A DNA stretch of 64,000 bases from Balanoglossus misakiensis. Taxonomy: Eukaryota > Animalia > Hemichordata. The stretch covers positions 4,635,319 through 4,699,318 of the forward strand of contig CM082594.2 of assembly GCA_040954595.2 (NCBI GenBank). Direction: 5' to 3'. The position numbers and the translations under genes were made by a program. The notes below the pieces were generated by a model. That model saw only the letters and a list, made by a program, of their open reading frames with translations. It was not told where the DNA came from and did not search any database. Below are positions 40,131-53,900 of the stretch, piece after piece; the stretch's first letter is position 1; each line of letters begins with the position of its first letter.

Positions 40131-40819
40131 CTTTAATGGCAGCTGCGTGTTTTTTAGTCTCCATGAATCAAAATCGAAGGACTGTGTGCCAATCACATGT
40201 TCAGTGCCAGAAAATATATAAGCACTCATTTTGGATTAGCAAGGGCATTAGAACATTAAGCCTTAATCATTTTGCACCAGCCAGACATAAACATGGCAGT
40301 CTGAAACCGTGGATGGTTGCATTGTGTTCGCATAAAACTAAGTATCGCAGCTAGAGAGATAAATATATAACCACATATTTATATTCAACCAGTCAGAATA
40401 TATCATGCAAAATAACAGGAGAAAATACATTTCAACATTCCTACAGTCACTTTGAAATTGTATTGGTAACAGTAAAACTGTTTTAAAAAGCTTTTCCCCC
40501 AAAATCAAGTGAGCAAGATAAAAAATTAGCACAGCAAAACACTAATTACATCTCTCTACTTTAAATAAGGGTTTTTAGCCTGATTTTTGTCGTCGATAAA
40601 ATGCCTTGCAAAGAAATAACAGTCAGAATTAATATGCTGTAATTAAAGAAGACTTTTATCCTCATTTCAATGTTAAATAACCGGTTTTTGTAAACGGCTG
40701 ATAAAAAAATCAATATTTCACATTCCATTAAATTGTGTTCCAAACGCCTCCACAGCTGTACAACCTGCCGGTATTGTATGACTAAATTTGTGAAGGCAAT
40801 GTTATTTTTAGCATCACAA

Positions 40820-40836
40820 GGGTCAGATGGAGGTCA
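40820..40836 (+). promoter_or_regulatory. Perfect DR5 (retinoic-acid response element-like)
   Basis: GGGTCA-GATGG-AGGTCA, within a CpG-retaining block. Confidence 0.4.
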
Positions 40837-43800
40837 GCTCGATGTATTCCCCCTCACGCTAACATCTTCAATTTTCACCGATAATATCGGCTGTCATTTT
40901 GGATGAGGATTTAGACTGTCACCTGGGCGCATTTTTCGCAGAATCTTGCGAAAACCGTCATTTATGTAATCAATATACCGTCTCCCTGGTGACACTTTTC
41001 ACAGAATGCATTAGTGTCAGTGACAAATGACAGTAGTCAACAAGAGTGAAATATTCATATGATTATGAATAATTACACACCTATAGAATCGTAAAAAGTT
41101 TCCACGAACGCAATCTCCTGTTTCTTATGACGTCAAGCAAATATTTACGACGTGCTGGGGCTTAGCTCTGCGAAAAGTGAGCCTATAAGCTGGAACAGCG
41201 ATATGCTTTTTGCATTAATCATTTCAGTGGTTGGCGTCTTGGTCGGGGGATAAATCCTTGTTTTTTCGAACGAACTGGAGTCAGTGTATTGGTATTCACA
41301 TTGCTTAATACAGAGATTTCATCATTTGTCTGAAAACCGTCATACATGCCAAAACGTATTAGACACACCGAATTTGGACGCACTGTCTAAATCTAAATTG
41401 GCCTGTTTACTACATTCACCTATCATTATTCAGTTATATTAGCGCATTCACACAAACGGAGGTTGAACCGGGCAATTAAAAATATCAATCAGATTTATCA
41501 ACTGTGTCGTGAGGGAATTCGCAACGAACAGCCATAAATTAATCTCCGCTCGGACCGAAGCTTGTTTTCTCAGCATGTGTAGGTTAAATATTCCCCTCTG
41601 AAGAATAAATAAAAAAATATGAGAAATGAATGTCGCATTCTTCCGACGTGTGTTATCTTTAGCCGTTTTATTTTTAACTTGTTCAAGCTTAATCCCGCCG
41701 TGTCTGGGCGTCTGATACGTTTGATACACAGCATACCCTCTGTGTGTGTTATGTTTGCAAGTGTCAGGTCGGAGGTCGCCGGCATATCAATTAGCTCTGT
41801 GACAGAGCCCCACAAGCTATTCCACACATGCGATTTTACAACTGGCGTCCGGTGTTTTTTTTTTTTTATCGAAAATATGTCGTCAGCGCTTGATACTTTG
41901 AGACACCCTTCTAGAATTCGAATTATTTTAAAACCCAACACGTGCGCTCGTAAGCACTCTGGAGAAACTTGTCACTCGTTGATCGTACTTTAATACGTAC
42001 GAGATGATCAACTTTGTAACGGTTTCCCTTTTCCAATTTAAGTGACTCCTCTCAGAGGTATTCATCTCCAGGAGTAAAGGAGATATTCGTGTATTTTTGT
42101 GTGGCCACCCAAGTGAAAATCTGTGGTTAGCTGGATCTCGACTTTCGATGGTAGCTGCGGTTAAATTTGCATTATAAGTGACCGTATCAGCACTCCACAT
42201 TCATGACTGTGATGCACCATGCATGATGTCTTTTGCTAGATCATTTCTCTGCATGCAGTCCACTTTCTTATGACTCATATTATTCCATCCCACAATTATG
42301 ATAAATCAGAGTATATATAAACAGAATTTCCAGTTCATCAACTGGCCAAAAATAACACACAAGTGGCCATGGACTGCTGTACACAATCTGAGGTGACTGT
42401 ACTTTTATTGCATGCAAAGGTCATACATGTAGATCTTCAAACTTGAATCTTCAGTTTTAATTCTGACTGACAGAGGAAAATAACAGCGTGTGCCACCTGC
42501 AACATCTTTCCAACGACGCGAAAGTTGAAGGGGCATTTGATCGGTACAAACTAACACTTAATAGTTCAAGCTAAAACTTGTAAGGGCCAATACCACCCAA
42601 GGTCCGTATATGCATATATGTATATAAACAAATAACTCCGCTTTGAACTTTTATCGGAGATTGACCAATTATAAACATTTATGTGTGATCCATCTGAGTG
42701 CTTAGTTCATTGGGATTTCATGTTTAATTCAATGACAATAAAAGGCATCAAGTTGAGGGTTTTTTACTGTTCCGTGATTTTATAAATATTACAGCTTGCC
42801 CTGAATGAGAGCGCGGCGACCAGCATATTGTAGGATGTATGGTGTAATGACTCTGCCAGTCTTGTAATCATGTGCTCGGAAAGTGAACAAATTCCCATGA
42901 AAGTAAACTGTCTCCTGCGAGTCGTCGTTTTCTTTATGTGGACAATATTTCTTTGTAAACTCTCATCTCTTCTGCAGCAGCCGCCCACCGTTCCATTCTT
43001 TCATCTTCACAATAATGTAGAGTTAGCCACATAAACATTTCTCGGTTGAATTTGATGGTTCGGATGAATCAACTCGCACTGTGTCTTTAATCCATTTTCT
43101 GCCGTTTAGTCTTTAGTTTAAATGGGTCGGTTTTATTTTAAGGACCAATGACACACCTGGCGTCCAGTCTAATGTGGAGTGTGGTAGCTTGGGAGTGAAC
43201 ACCAAACCCTATACAGCAATATGCCGTTAGTATTTTATCTTCTAATGTGTATGCGCTTTCATCTGGTGTAACTACAATGTACAGCTGGATTTCATAAACA
43301 CTGATAGATCAGGGGACAGAGCAAAAGGTTTTTTTTAGATAACCCAGCGGTTGGAATAAGTCGCACATTTACATTCTTTTATGCACTTTTGGTCTATTTT
43401 TAGCCGGAGCTAATTTAGACTGTGAGAAGTTTATCAGATTACTGTAGAGTTGACATGTTTTTCCATGGAGTAATTGAGTCAGGCTGATATGTTGCCAGCT
43501 TGACTATCACTCAGCTACAATTGCTGTCTTATTTTTAAAATCATATGATCATACTTCTGGGGTTGGCTCAAATTGCTCAAAAAATTTTAGAATATTTTTT
43601 TCGTCAGAACCAGCATAATCCAAGTATTTTTTCATATCCTAGAGCAGCTGACTTATTTTTGCTCAGGTTTGAGTAATATTGTATCTACCGTGACAAGATG
43701 ATGTGTCCAATGGACATTTGATACTTTCAACTTCAGAATAAGCCAAAAACAAAAAAGCTCTGCAGATAAGACTATTCAAATTAGCTTAGTTTAAATTTGA

Positions 43801-44119
43801 CTTTAAATTGTCGAGATCTTAACTGGAAGTGATAAGAACATGCTGTTCTTTTCACAACTTGGTTTTAAAAGCGTCTAGTGAAGAATAGCCATGATGGTAC
43901 GGTTGATAGCTGAGCCATGTCATTTCCTATTCTTTTTGTGAAGAGCCATGAACAGCAGTCACAACACGGATGTTACCCATTCATCACAATTGATGATCTT
44001 TTACACCAAATACCACTGATTTTGCCAATCTTCGGGCTCAGCAGTTTACATTGTTGGGTCTCTTAATCGGGCGGCACGCAAGAGACCTCGTCGCTATCTC
44101 TCGTATCGCTTCCGACTTT

Positions 44120-44355
44120 TGATAATGCCAACTTTTATGAAGACCCAGTCGTGGAGTGTGTGGTGGCCTGTTCACTTCTGCGCCAGATTGCGCGCCGTTT
44201 CGTGCACACACAGACGTCATCGTGTCAGATAAATGAGCGGAGACGCAGAGATAACGACCGGGCGGTTGCAACTGCAGTGATTTTCTTGCCGTTGAGAATT
44301 TTTTGCAGAGATAAACCAACCAACTCTGTGTTTAAGTTAGCCACGCTTTTGATAA
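44120..44355 (+). promoter_or_regulatory. Homotypic GATA-site cluster
   Basis: WGATAA at 44120, 44227, 44249, 44309 and 44350, all on the same strand. Confidence 0.35.
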
Positions 44356-46553
44356 GGGGCTGGGGGGATTTGCGTCAATGGAAAAATACATCTGAATATC
44401 TGAGATATAATAAATGAGTGTGCATCAGTGTAACCATGTGCTTTTATGTTGGTTCCTGAAACATCTTCCTGAAAAAACATCAATCCTATACTTGTATCTC
44501 CCAAAATGTGCATGGTAAACAATTGGTAAACAATTGTGTGTTTCAAATTTGCACACAAAAACTGACAATGCTTTACTGGTAATGAAAAATGTGATGTTCC
44601 TTTTGTCTTGCTACTGCAAAGTTTTAGCAGATACTTTTAAAAGGTCCAAACGTCATAGACCTCATAGCTAATAAGTGGGCTTGAATTTAGGTACATGTAC
44701 ATGTACACTGCGGCTCCCTTCACCTTAGTGTCAGCTAGTTGACATCCTTTGTATCCAACTGGTTTCTGCCTCCCTCAGCACACACACACTCGCAAATTTC
44801 CAAAGCGATACGATACTGAACTTGGCTGCGCATGCACCATTGCACTGCCGGTGACCTTGAAAGAATTAGATTATGGCAGAAGCAATGCTTAAGGGCTTCG
44901 GCAAATAAGATCAATTTAACTGGGAGTCGCTTAGACTGCCTTCTCCTAACGCTTTAATCCGGACGGCTAAAGGACGCGGGTCATGCAACCCCCGGCCTGT
45001 GTAAGACTCAATTTGAAACCGGGGCTATCAGAGTGAGATAGCTGAAAAATTGCAGCAGTATACATGTAGCGGAAGTGTGATATTTTACAATTTACACAAT
45101 CTCTGCGTTGGCAGCGTCTGCGATAGAGAGGAGGCAGTGTTTCGGATCCATTGACGTCAGCCTTCATTCTCTCTAATCTGCGGAAAAATTATTGCGATAC
45201 GGAACGGGAAAGCCTAATGAATCAGCCGAATAAAGTTGCATCTGTCGACAAGGATAGCTTTGGCATCAAAGAGTCAAGTGCTCAGCTATGACGAGGGCAT
45301 TACTGTGAATGGTTTCGTACATTAAGTAACATTATTTATCGTTCTGAATATTTGGTTGTGTTTCCTGAAAATTTAAAATTGATGCCTTTCAAAATTGATA
45401 GTTGTATATATATGCACTTCAGTATTATGGGAGATTTTTTCTCTGATAAATCTCATTAGCCATTCGACAAATATTTGTACACGGCCTGCAACAAACATTG
45501 GCATAATTACTATCAAGGGGTGGATTTAAAATATTGCTTTTTGTATCTAGGGTAAATGAACAAATGGATATTGGAGATATCTAAAAATTTAAACAAACAG
45601 AAAAGACAAACTAAATAAATGTACCAGTTAGTGTTTTTGCATTCTAAATGTCATTTCATACCTGGTTGCACAGGTCAGGCAGTTGTGAGCATTGTTGGTA
45701 TAGACAGGATTGCTAGGTACATTTCATTGTGTGTTTGTTGCCATGAATTAAATGGTTGGGTGATCTTTTTGTGTATATTGTGTGGAAATTTTGATGAAAT
45801 AGTTCTTGATCACAGAACTGCCCAATATTTTATTCACAAAGGTTGGATTCTGATATTTTGGGGAGGGGGGGGGGGGGAACATCAGATGTGTTAATGTTTG
45901 TGACCCGGCGTGCAGGTGGAAAAGGAAAGCCTGATGCATAATTCTCGAAGGCTGAATCACTCTCCAGTCAAGCGTACTTTAACGCTTTCTGATCAATTTT
46001 TAACCAAAACAGCATATTAAAATGCGCTTAAGCAATCAACATTAAAATATTCAAGAAGGCCATTCGAGTCAATTTGTTCTGCTCTTCTACAGTTCCTGTA
46101 CACGGACTCAATTCGCCCATTTGTATATAATCTATTTTTAGCCGCCGAATGTGAGATTGTGGTGATGGCACATTTCAGTCCACAAAGATATGATTACAAT
46201 CACTTCCAGAGTTGCATGCAGTCATCTGCCTGTGGACAGTTTATTTATAACCGGCACGCCGGCAATCATTTCTGTAGAATTATTAGGTACAATCACCCAT
46301 CGGGTCAAAAGATGTTGCATGTAAATATTCCTGCCGAGATCATGCTGCCATCGGCTATCTCTTGGGTAATTTGACATCGAAGAAAGGTGCGAGTTGTGAT
46401 CGCTGTAACATTTTAAACGTGGTTTGTGATTGTACTCTCTCACTTGCTTGATATCGAGTCAATTACCACTGTACTGTTAAACGTGTGTTATCGCCATACT
46501 TAGCTAGATGACAGAATCAAAGATGATAGAATCATTAATTGTAAAGCAATACC

Positions 46554-46594
46554 AGAGGGGGAGGAGAAGAGAGGGAGGGAGAGAGAGAGAGAGA
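46554..46594. repeat. GA-rich microsatellite
   Basis: Read directly. Confidence 0.92.
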
Positions 46595-46672
46595 TTGATC
46601 CAGGTGTACATTCAGGTGGTAGATATTCCACTTTTAGTATTTCTGTCACACATGTCTCTGTGAACTAGTTTC

Positions 46673-46741
46673 TGCAAAGGTATTAAAAGTGACATGTATG
46701 GTTTCCATGGACTAATTTCAGTTGCAAAGGGTATTAAAAGT
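46673..46741. repeat. Short direct repeat, 50-bp period
   Basis: TGCAAAGG(G)TATTAAAAGT at 46673 and 46723. Confidence 0.7.
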
Positions 46742-49700
46742 CAGAATGGCAAAGATACAAGTACAATTGACTCTTGGCAATATGGCACAGTGTATTTTTG
46801 CAAGAGTATAATCCCATTACAAGAAGATTCTTCAGTATTAATATTTGCCCATTTCCAAAAGAGAAGAATTATTTAGGCTAAGAGTACTGTGAAAATACTT
46901 AATTAGGGCAAATAATTCAAAAATCAATTTCGTTCTACTTTTCCTTCACTGATTTTAATGTCAGTTACACTGAAGCCAAATTCAGAAAAACGTGACACCC
47001 TTGCAGAAAGGATAGAACAATTACTTGAACTGTGAGAATTTCAAATACCCAAGAGAAAGTTTAAAGTTCAAACCATTCTGTTTGCGCCAAACACCTCTCT
47101 CTCAAGTCCTTCATTTGAACACAAGTTCACCCAATTGTTCATTCATGACAGGTATTTCCTCGCGTTGAATAAATTGCTCTTTTTTTACGTGTGGGCGATG
47201 GCGTCATTACGTGTGGATGGACAAGAATTCCAATTGCTCAACACTCATCACTCCGATGTGCCCACTGTCGGCTAGCTGTTATGGATCTGTTTGGATTTAT
47301 TGAATGTTTAATGCTTTGTTCTTTTCGTCTGTATCATTTCAAAATCAATTATAGACTTATCAGATGCTAAGAAATGGCTCTGTTTGGCTAAGTGCTGGGT
47401 GGTGTCCACAACGTGATGACAAAATTCACTCTGTCAGAGATCAGAGTGAGAGCACCAGATTGCATAGAAAGTATGATCGATAACAGAGTCCTAAATTGTC
47501 AGCAAAACTATTTTCTCAAATTACTCTCTGACTGTTTCCCATCTCAGAGAATTATCAGGGCTATTATTAAGCAAGCTTTAGAGCCTCAGAGACTTTCCAG
47601 CTTTGAGCGTTGACTCAGGCTCAATTTTAGAAGAAATCCCGTACGGTGCTTTAATGAGATGTATCTGGGAGATACAGGGTATCTCTGATAATTTGTTATA
47701 CCTGATACAATGACACTTCACTTTAAAAAAGCAGTGTTATTTGTTTTCGTGCTTTTCTTTCACAGCTGAAGTGATTGCATGTTAATAGCTGAGTTGAGTT
47801 CTATGGCTGTAGATGGCTTTGATGAATTCATTCCCTATTCGCCTAACTGTGCTACCGGTACATGTGCATGCATCGCCAGGTCGATAAACTATCAAATTGT
47901 GAATTCAGGATGCTAGCCATAATAATTCTGAAATCCTTATACATGCACATAATATTTCATGTTGCAAATTGGTATTATTTCATTTTATTTACTGATCCTT
48001 TAGTTGAACTAGGATATAAGTATGGGGGCGTTCCATCTAGCGCTTGTCTGCAGTTGAACTCAATTTCTGAAGTTGAAACAATTGCACCGGTATGAATATG
48101 TAATAGAATTTGATACTAGGGTACACAACCTTATCAGTGCAGAAACGTGTGACCATGTGACCGGATGCACTCTGGTGGTGAATTTGTAATTTTGTGCTCC
48201 AGTTCTTGTTGTTCTATTAACTGAATTGTAGTGTTAAAACACTATAAGGGTCATTGAACTTGAATAAAACAGGACATCATGTTATACATCTTGATATAGT
48301 GAATATTTGACATTCAGAAGAAAATGTCATCTTTTCGGTGGGTGTAGCCTGCATACTAATGAACTAATTTGCATGAGTGATGATTTACATATAAATGAAT
48401 TTTAGCGATGTGGGATTGGATAGACATAACATGGATTGAGTATGTCAGATGTGTGGTAAACACGATTTAGATGTATCATTCTATTGCAATATGCCATAAT
48501 GCAGTAATTTTGATCAAAACCTTGAACTATTAACCTGTGGTTGTATATATTGATGGTGATATCAATCTTGAATATTACATTTCATGTTTATGTTGTGGGT
48601 GATATCTCCTGATTCACTGAAATACAGCGCATCTCAAGATCTGCACGGACAAAATAAAGCACACATAGCTTGTTGTGTGAAATTCTTAGTGCGAGATAGA
48701 ATCATTGTGTGACGCAATATTTCCATTCCACTCTTTTCGTTTAAAAAAAATGTAATTCCCTTGGAAACAACCATCACAGCTGTACAGACCTCCGTGGTTC
48801 ATCAGTCCAATTTTCAACCAGTAATTCCAGACATTTCTTGGGAATAATCACAGTTTTCTGAAGGGGGAAAAAAGTAAGTGCAAGGTGTCACTAGTATCTA
48901 GGGCACAGTCACATGTAGTGTATTTGTCTGACGAAGGTGCATTTATGAGGAAGCAATTTTTTGTCCAACAAGCAGGGTAGGGTAAATTGGCCTGCCTAAG
49001 TGACTGCAGCGGTACCTGGGGGTAGCTAGCCTTAATCATGTAGCCATAATGTGCAAGACTGGCCTTTCAAATTATTCTATCAAGACTACCATTAAGAACA
49101 TCTCTCGTCGAAATGAATGTGCGGCAATTTCACAAATCCGGCCTTGAGAATGTCAGAAAAAAGTGCATTGCTCGGGTATCCGGAATTTGACGAATTACGG
49201 CCAAACTGGAGCTGTCAGCTTTCGATCATATTTTCCCCAAGTGGTACTTACCTGGTGATATCTGATATAGCTGTTTTCCATTAACAACATCAGGTTTAAT
49301 CATCTTGATAGAAAATGAAATCCTGGCGAGGACCAAATCACTCAATCATCATGTTACAATGTCTGAGAACATCCTTGTCATCTGCGCACCAATTGCGCTT
49401 GCTATATATGATTTCTCCTCCCCTTTCCATCAAATACAAGTAAAACATTTTATCAAGTTTACCAGTGTTTCTGGCATACGTAATCCGGACTTCAATCTCC
49501 CAAGATTTTTTACAAGATTAGGTAATTTGATACGGTTCCAGTTGCTTGCATTGGCTTAATCGGTCTTCTCCAGCAATTTACGGATATCTAGGTGGAGGGA
49601 TCAGAACAGAAAAAGAGACGTAAAGAGCCGTGAATACGATACCGTGAACGCTGATTGATGTTATATATGTTGCTTCAGTTCCATTACCAATGATGATTGG

Positions 49701-50559
49701 GGCTATAAGCTCAGTGTCTCGTTACTCAGATCAAGTTGCAGAAATGAGAAACATATACAGTACTTGAGAAAAAAGAGAACTGCGTCTTCGGTTTGAACTG
49801 CATTGATTCCTCCCAGATATTGTGAGAGTGGACTGGGTTGAAGAAACATTTATTTTATTCCAAATGCAATAGGTTCTGGTGTGCCTCTTACATCGATCAT
49901 GATAAGACGAGATCTCCATGAGATGTCATCTATCAGTGATAAATATCGGAACAACCGATGCATTCATCTGAAGCCTTTTACGGATCAATCATACACATAC
50001 AATCAGATGGATTTCCAACAACTTTTCACCCTGTGTGCCAATTGGTGCAGATTGTTTGAGGACAAAAGTCAATAACATCAACTTCCCAAATTCTGGATTT
50101 GTGCCAGATGGTGCAAACGTCATTCTGGAGTACTATACTCTTGTACATTGTGATGATCAAGAATCTGCAAAAATACTTACTTTATTTGAAAGTCTGTATA
50201 TATGCACCATATATGTAGTCTGCTAAGTTCAACTAAAAAGGTTTAAAGCTGTTAAATTACTACATTCACTTGTCATTGACAAGGTGACTTGACCTCTAGT
50301 ATCAGGTCACAGTCTGTGTACTTTTGAGAAGTGCCACAACCCACATCATGGCATCATCATAATTGTTATCACCGACTATAAAAAAGAAAATGAAATGATA
50401 CGGGCAGGACATCGCAATGACGCATGCACAGATGTTGCGACACTGGCAATGCTTGGTCAGGGAGCATGAAGGAAAATAACAAGCATGCCTTGATTTCCCC
50501 AAAGAACCATTTTCCAACCTCTCATAAATTCATAACAAGACAACAATTAGGGTACGATT

Positions 50560-50900
50560 TATGATTGAACTGCGTCGACTCCCCCGAGAGGGCTCGATTG
50601 CCGCGCAGTTCGCCGAACGGCCCCGGCCTGCGACGACCGGTGTGAGCGCGGTGCATGCAAGAGACCCAGGTGTGCGAGTCCCTCTCTCGCAACTGTAATT
50701 ATTCATCGTATCTTCAGCTGCATTTCGTTCCCGGGTCAGCGTCTTTCCGCGCCAGTCGATAAATCACTTTCTAAAATATTCCCAGTCTCCTCTGTCTGGC
50801 AAGAAATGCAGTTTCGCTCCTCTGACAGAGCTTCGGGGGGTGTTTTTTCGGTAAAACGGATTTCAGTAAGTGTCCATCCTCTTGGCTTTTAGGACGAGAC
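50560..50900. promoter_or_regulatory. GC/CpG-rich island-like block (putative promoter or enhancer)
   Basis: Among the most GC-rich stretches of the window (GCCGCGCAGTTCGCCGAACGGCCCCGGCCTGCGACGACCGG); no ORF of 60 aa or more; GTAAGT at 50866. Confidence 0.4.
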
Positions 50901-53900
50901 GATGCATGTACATGCACACGTAATGGATCCACTGCTGGCAGCCATGAGTTTAAAAAACCCTGCTTTTCGTTCCAGCAACGATGGTGGATTAAGCATTTTC
51001 AATCTTGATTTAGTTTGCTTTCAGTGCTGGATAAACTTATTACTCTCTGTAATCCACGGATAGCAAATATTGCTTGGAGGTGTTTTTTTTATCTTTTGCC
51101 GAATATGACTAACGTAATTAACTAAGACTGGGTCCTAATTTTTTTTTAATTGACTTTACTGAACACACCGTCCTCCTAATTCCACTGTGTAATTTTACAC
51201 TTGGAATGCTTTGATGATGTGCAAAAATAAAATGTTGACATTTCTTGAATTAATTGCTAGGGTCTTGTTGGACGTGATGTGTTGGTGCTGTCCGATATAT
51301 GCCATGCAGGTGGTGAAGTGACTGTACGTCCTGCAGTCACACCTGCGATATGAATGCACAGGTCACGAAAGAGTGAGCCTGGGCTGCTATTTTCAGACTA
51401 ACAAAATAATTAATCCACATGCCAATTGATCTGTGTAGATGTCAAAGGAAAAACGACAAGCTAAATGTGTTGTGCACCCCATTTTTGTCTCAAAATAACT
51501 TTTGCATACCAGCTTGTGCATTTATTTGGCGCTTATACTCTGGAAACACCGACTAAAACTTGACTGGTTGCAGCTGAGAAGTAAAACCATGGTCTTTCAA
51601 TAAAATATTGCAAAGATGCATGCAGGTGTTTAAAAATAGAACAGAACTGTAGGGCATGAATGTCAAGGTCTTTGGTAAAAAAAATGGATATTATGAAAAA
51701 TGAGCATCGCTGTCGTTAATACAAGTTAATTTTCAAAATTACTCCACACAAGCAATAAGTACAGCAAGGAAATTACTGTATATGCAGTTGACATTTGAAC
51801 TTGTCCTTTGTTATGTCCTCAGGTGGTGTAAGTATATCGTTCAATTTCAAGGTTATACTCTCCGCGCGATTAAAACTCTCAGATTGGTATCGATCAATGC
51901 TGGCATCATACAATATGCAAATCATCTTGAGAGACATTAAATTGACACATGCATTAAAGTTAACCTAGATACTTTACCTGGTGTAGACAATGTATTGTAT
52001 GTATAAAAGAAAAAAGTCTTTCAATCGTGACAGTAATGATGATGTATGCTCCAGTCGTTTACAATAATATGAGTTTTCCAGCCAAATTCACAGAAATTCC
52101 ACTACATAGTATATCCCAAGTAATTGAAAATGTAAATTTGATGTCAAGCTGTTCGTGGACCTTGGTAAGTTGAAGGTCATTATCACCTTCACCTTGCTAA
52201 GTCAACGTCATTCAGGCTCCATGTGATACATACTGTTACATTAGTACATTACAGACTGTAACAGAATTTTGAGCATTATAAAGTGTCAGAAACCATTGAA
52301 GTTTCTGCTGCTGTATACCGTATTGCAGTCAGTGCACCTTTACCTAATGATGTGACCAGTAGATTTTAATCACTGAATGAGTAGGACTTTGTCTTTTTTG
52401 AGAGCACCTTTCACGATTTCCCATTTGCACAAGGTAGCAAGGTTTATTCCTGACAGTTGTCAACATTTTCTGTACAGATGACTGGAAGTTTTCACGCGAG
52501 AGACCACTCCATTAAGATTGTAATGCCCAGCTCCACTGAAAACACAGACAAATCTTGTCAATCTGAACCCTTTCTGTACTTTGTGAAAAACCAAACTGTA
52601 TTATTCTTACAACTCTTTTAGTTTCCTCTGTTTGAACTCCCATTAAAGATGTCAAACTAAAGCACAGATTTGATTGAAAGAAAAAAACTCCTGAGCCTTT
52701 AATGCAGTCTGGTACTGACTCTTTCTTCCTTGTCTGTCTTCGTGTGACAAGTCTAACATCGGTGAAACTTTTAGAAATAATCGGTGAATGGAACAATATT
52801 CCACTGTGACTGGCAAGTGTCAACTGCGATGACATGACACCGCACTGTGCGTGCAATTTAAAAGAGCTTTCGGGAGATGAAAAGGACATCTAAAAGGGGC
52901 ATGGCTTTAAATGCCATGTTTGTGGCAATATCTTTGATTCATGGTACCAGAGGAGAAAGCTTTAAAAATCTTCAGTGGTATATAATTCACTGCTGTTTGC
53001 CTATACTCGAGACTTTGATTTTATTTGTCACAAATCACAAAATTCTGTTGGTTTTTGTAGATAAATAGATTTTTGCTGGTACCAGTGATTTTTCTATGTA
53101 TAAAGATCCCAAATGGAAACTCTGAGGATAGGATATGAAAGATTTGTTTTAGCTTTTGTTTGCGTTTAATCGGAATGACATGATTAAAATAGGCGCCATC
53201 CACTGTGATCTAGTTTTATGCCCATTGTACGCTGTGTCAACGGCTCCTGATTTTGAGCCATCAAAACCTGCAGCCGTGTAATATAAGTGGGTTTGTAGTC
53301 CATTCCTCTGCCCTGCGGCATTGTGAAGTGCGTGTAGCGTGTTACGCTTTTGTAACTTGAACATGCATTTGATTCCCGGCTGCACTCTTCCAAGTCAATA
53401 GCTTCTGCAGTGACGGCTTCAGTGTGGGCAGCTACAATTACACTCGCACGCATGAGGTCAGTTTAGCCTGAAATGCTGATAAATTTTAAAAGTTTCAAAA
53501 TCAGAGAAAAATGATGCATCAGTTCCATTCATCTGCAGTAAGCAACACCCTGTCCATTTTCCCACGTGGCTGTCATTGTCCTCAAATTGCAACAATTGAG
53601 GACTTTCCCTGATATTTAGGTCAATTACAACCAGTCTGCCGGAGAAAAAATAATTGGATAATATTGATGATGCAGAGAACTTTAAGAATTTGTTGAGAGA
53701 TAAATAATTGATTATTGTTGCCCTCAGATGGCCTGTTTGTGTATTTAATAAATCCCAAAAATTGTGTTTACTCATCAAATTCACCATTTGACGTCTTCAA
53801 TTTTCTGTTGTGTGCTTAAAAGGAATGAATACAAACTTGTCATTCAAGTGGTTCTGCTTTATACAGTAAAGTCATCTTTCACTCGCCGGATGGATTTTAT

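Noticed and set aside
42122-42134. TGTGGTTAGCTGG, matching the middle of miR-34
   Set aside because: Seed TGGCAG is absent and there is no hairpin.
48340-48410. Octamer-containing TGCATACTAATGAACTAATTTGCATGA
   Set aside because: Lies in CpG-poor spacer and looks like the CTAATTTGCAT-type words of decayed repeats; not counted as regulatory.
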